Below are positions 60,811 to 64,000 of a stretch of DNA of 64,000 nt, one piece after another. Made by a program: the position numbers and the translations under genes. The notes below the pieces were generated by a model. It did not search any database. It saw only the letters and a program-made list of their open reading frames with translations, and was not told where the DNA came from. The stretch comes from Vairimorpha necatrix (taxonomy: Eukaryota): NCBI GenBank assembly GCA_036630325.1, contig CP142728.1:1302001-1366000 (forward strand). The letters run 5' to 3'. Each line of letters starts with the position of its first letter. Position 1 is the stretch's first letter.

Positions 60811-62898
60811 CTACTTTCTTTCGTAATTTATTATAAAAAGACGACTTATTTTTATTTCATTATCGAACAATTCTATTAATGTTTTCGGCAATGCAATTTC
60901 ACTGTTAATTTTGATATTTTTCTTAATATTAATTTTTATTTCTTTAATTAGATTTTCTTCTAAATATTCTTTGTATTCATTTATTGAAAAAACTGTTATG
61001 TCTTCGCTTGTTACTTTTTCTTCAAATATTTTCCTAATAAGATTTATTCCTCCATTAATTAACTTAGTTGCAAATTCATTTATTAAATCTTTATCAAATA
61101 ACTTTATTATGTCACCATTTAGTGCTACCAATTTTATTTTGTTTATATCATTTTCCAATGAAACTTCTTGAAGAATTTGAATAATCTTGATTAATTCTGC
61201 TTCTTTGGTTTTTCTTTTTTCCTCAAATTTTTTTTCTTGTTGATTATTTTCTAGTAATTTATTCCTAATAATTTTATTACATTCGTCTACATCGTCGTTT
61301 TTAAGTCCAAAGCTTGCAATAACTTCATTAAATTCATATTTGGCATGTTGTTTATTTTCAAAAAAATCATAAACAATCGTGTTAAAACCAATAAACATTG
61401 ATATTATTTTGCAGATAGAAGTCACAACCACCCCTTTGTATTTCTTAAAATTGGCAATGTGTACATTTCCTATTTCTTCCATTATTCCAAGTAGATTAAA
61501 ACTATCTTTTATATTGCACATTTCTATTTTATCCCTGGTGTTTTTCTTTCTGATAAGATTTCCAATAAGTTTAAAGTTTTTATAAAATAACTCATCCTCT
61601 ACTTCATTTTCAATAATATATTTTTCTGTTGCTAGCAGTAAAAATATTTTTGTAATAATGAATTCAGTGAAATTCGATTTTAGAACCCTCGACATTATCA
61701 TTTTTATTATTTCTGTTTTTCGTGTTTCATCATATTCTTCATTCGATATTATGATTATTAATTCAAGTTCATCTATCATGTTATAATATAGGAGTGTATG
61801 CGCTATTATTATATTCAGAGCAGATCCCGGCGTATCTAATACAATCTCAATCATTAATTCTGTTTCGTCTTCATAATATAGTATTCGATTGAATATATCT
61901 ATCCCTTTACTGATGTTTTCATCGTTTATTCTGGATGCGATTTCTATAAATCTTTTAAATTCCAATAGACATTGTTCGTCAATAATATAATTAATATTAT
62001 CATTTTGTAAAACATAATGATATTCTCCAGAATTTTGCCTGAAAACGACTTTGTTTGTAAATACCTCAATTATTAAAAATTTACTTCCATATTTTATTTC
62101 AATACCATTAGGTATACGATTTATAGGTACTACATAAGTATCTATTTCAAACAAATATTCATAGGACAAATTGTATAATTCCAATATTTTCTTAAGTATT
62201 TTTTCGTTGTACTTATTCTCAAGTTTAATTTCTATATCGTTCAAGTAATCTATTTCCTCAATTGAAAATTTAAATAAATAAGAATTATTTTCCACATTAA
62301 TATGAAATAAAAAATAATTGGGTACGTAATCGTAATATTTTATAGTATACTCAGTATTAACATTATTTTTACTTGTTTTAAAAAAAATTTCTTCTAAATA
62401 TCCAGATTCCAAACAAATATTTTCATAATAGATTTCCCAACCTTTTTTATTTATTTTCCGTTCTCTATTGATTTTTTTAATAGTCTCTACGATATTTTTC
62501 ATGGTAATTGAATTATCTAGACCAATAGAGTCACGAAATTGATACTCACTATAAAACAATACATATAATTTGTTGTTTGGAAAGCCTAAAACACCTCGTA
62601 TTTTGTTTTCTATTTCCGTTATAATTTCATTTAAAGATTTATTTTTACAATTAACGGTAAAGATCTTAACATTATTATTTTTAATATCACAAGAGACACT
62701 AACTTCTACCAAACCATTGTCGTTTCCATATTCATCCATGCTTTTATATATGCTTATTGAATTATAGCTTTTACAATGATTGATCGACACATAATCTCGA
62801 TCTTCTATTTTTTTCATGAGGTTATCTTTAATTTTATCAAATAAAAAATGATTTGATTGCAAAAAAACAACAAACGAATAAAATAATACTAAATTCAT
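60811..62898 (-). CDS. Secreted family B member 3 (intact, 695 aa)
   Basis: Signal peptide MNLVLFYSFVVFLQS; KKIEDRDYVSI, VNCKNKS, IIDEQCL and GSALNII match the 41182 and 56551 genes; CCCCCC upstream. Confidence 0.85.
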   Translation of the reverse strand: MNLVLFYSFVVFLQSNHFLFDKIKDNLMKKIEDRDYVSINHCKSYNSISIYKSMDEYGNDNGLVEVSVSCDIKNNNVKIFTVNCKNKSLNEIITEIENKIRGVLGFPNNKLYVLFYSEYQFRDSIGLDNSITMKNIVETIKKINRERKINKKGWEIYYENICLESGYLEEIFFKTSKNNVNTEYTIKYYDYVPNYFLFHINVENNSYLFKFSIEEIDYLNDIEIKLENKYNEKILKKILELYNLSYEYLFEIDTYVVPINRIPNGIEIKYGSKFLIIEVFTNKVVFRQNSGEYHYVLQNDNINYIIDEQCLLEFKRFIEIASRINDENISKGIDIFNRILYYEDETELMIEIVLDTPGSALNIIIAHTLLYYNMIDELELIIIISNEEYDETRKTEIIKMIMSRVLKSNFTEFIITKIFLLLATEKYIIENEVEDELFYKNFKLIGNLIRKKNTRDKIEMCNIKDSFNLLGIMEEIGNVHIANFKKYKGVVVTSICKIISMFIGFNTIVYDFFENKQHAKYEFNEVIASFGLKNDDVDECNKIIRNKLLENNQQEKKFEEKRKTKEAELIKIIQILQEVSLENDINKIKLVALNGDIIKLFDKDLINEFATKLINGGINLIRKIFEEKVTSEDITVFSINEYKEYLEENLIKEIKINIKKNIKINSEIALPKTLIELFDNEIKISRLFIINYERK

Positions 62899-63071
62899 AT
62901 ACGATAAAGTAATCTAGGGGGGCATAAAGGTTAAATTTAACTTAAATAAAAAAAATATATTAATATATTTAAAAAAATGTTTTTTTGTTCAATTTACTTG
63001 TACCAGTCAATAATACAATTTTATTTTTCTAAACGTCAAGTTTTTTAACTTTAAAATAAAACAATTTTTTA

Positions 63072-63093
63072 TCATTTTAAAACGGGATACTAG
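63072..63093 (+). mobile_element. Possible Helitron 3' terminus
   Basis: tcattttaAAACGGG-ata-CTAG|T, a degenerate version of the hairpin plus CTAG ends at 7466 and 34953. Confidence 0.35.
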
Positions 63094-63645
63094 TTATAAA
63101 CGTAATTTATTTCAAATTGAGACATGTTATAACAAACATGCACATATTTAAAAATTTTTTACGTTTGATAAAAAAAGGAAACATTTTCCTGTTTAATTTG
63201 ATTTTTTTAAAATTATATATTGAAATTTGATAGTTCTAAAAATCTTTTTTTTTATAGAGACTTATGGTTATAATTGAAAAAAAAAATTTATTTAATTTTA
63301 TTTTTTTACTATTATTGAGATTATTTATAATCAAAATAAGAATGTAATTTAGGTTTGACTATATTTTTTTCACAAGTCAAAAAAAACTTATTTTTAAATA
63401 TTTATTTATGATATCCCAAATATCATCAAATTATATTTTATAAATATTTCCCTCCGAACTTCTAAGTTTCCCCCCTACAAGTATTTAAAATTTTTATCCT
63501 TAGAAGGTTTCGATAATGTGGACGAGAGAAACAACTAGTAATCAAAATAAAATATATTGTAATATTTTAGACACGTTTCTCAGTGATGGATACCACATTA
63601 TTTTATACATTTCACATATTGATTTGATGTTAAATAATAAAAATT

Positions 63646-64000
63646 GGCTAAAATCAGCATTAGGGTAAAAAAATTAGGGGATCAAAATTTTAAAAATTTT
63701 GCCGCTTTTTTAAAAAAAGGAAACGAATGATGAGTAATGAAGAGATTAAAGATTTTTACGAACGTCTGCTAAACAAGAAAAATAAGCAGAAATGTACAAT
63801 TTGTGGTTTGTGTACGGCTAAAATATCAAACGAATCTGCTTCTTTGAGATGAAAGTTTCTTAAATGCAGTCATAAATTTTATATTTGGAATAATACTTTA
63901 TTTCCAAATAGTAAGATAGATCATCTGCTTATGTCAAAGAATGTTATTTGTGGATTTTAGGACTTAATACGCGCACATTATAAGAATTTTGGATTGTAAT
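63646..64000 (+). mobile_element. 5' part of a decayed Merlin-like element, truncated by window end
   Basis: From ATG 63727: CTICG...LR*KFLKCSHKFYIWNNTLFPNSKI resembles CKIC..MKCT..C..INVWKGTIFSHIKI of the 35706 transposase; left boundary approximate. Confidence 0.6.

Noticed and set aside
1-64000. tRNA, rRNA, telomeric repeats or spliceosomal introns
   Set aside because: None recognised by eye; a tRNAscan-SE/Infernal run would be needed to exclude them formally.

Overview
Very AT-rich, intron-poor eukaryotic DNA with CCC/GGG motifs just upstream of start codons. This fits a microsporidian genome of the Nosema/Vairimorpha type (inference from gene content and promoter signature). The window has two compartments. 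About 1-24 kb is a gene-dense core block: a USP deubiquitinase, SMC6, two putative spore-wall proteins, a compact BRCA2, HEI10, an OSCA/TMEM63 channel, SNU13, a PUF protein, MCM9, a PKA-like kinase, a Sel1-repeat protein, a tiny SWIM-finger protein and a ricin-B lectin. It is rich in homologous-recombination/meiosis genes, and the BRCA2 carries an unexplained 5x acidic FFSSV repeat array next to a single BRC repeat. About 24-64 kb is gene-sparse and holds two families of lineage-specific signal-peptide proteins, several broken by a single stop or frameshift. These are interleaved with several Merlin DNA transposon families (one intact, with 8-bp TSD and 88-bp TIRs that contain the CCC motif and start codon), non-autonomous Helitrons and 5'-truncated RLE-type non-LTR retrotransposon fragments. 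All identifications come from motif recognition by eye; no searches were run.
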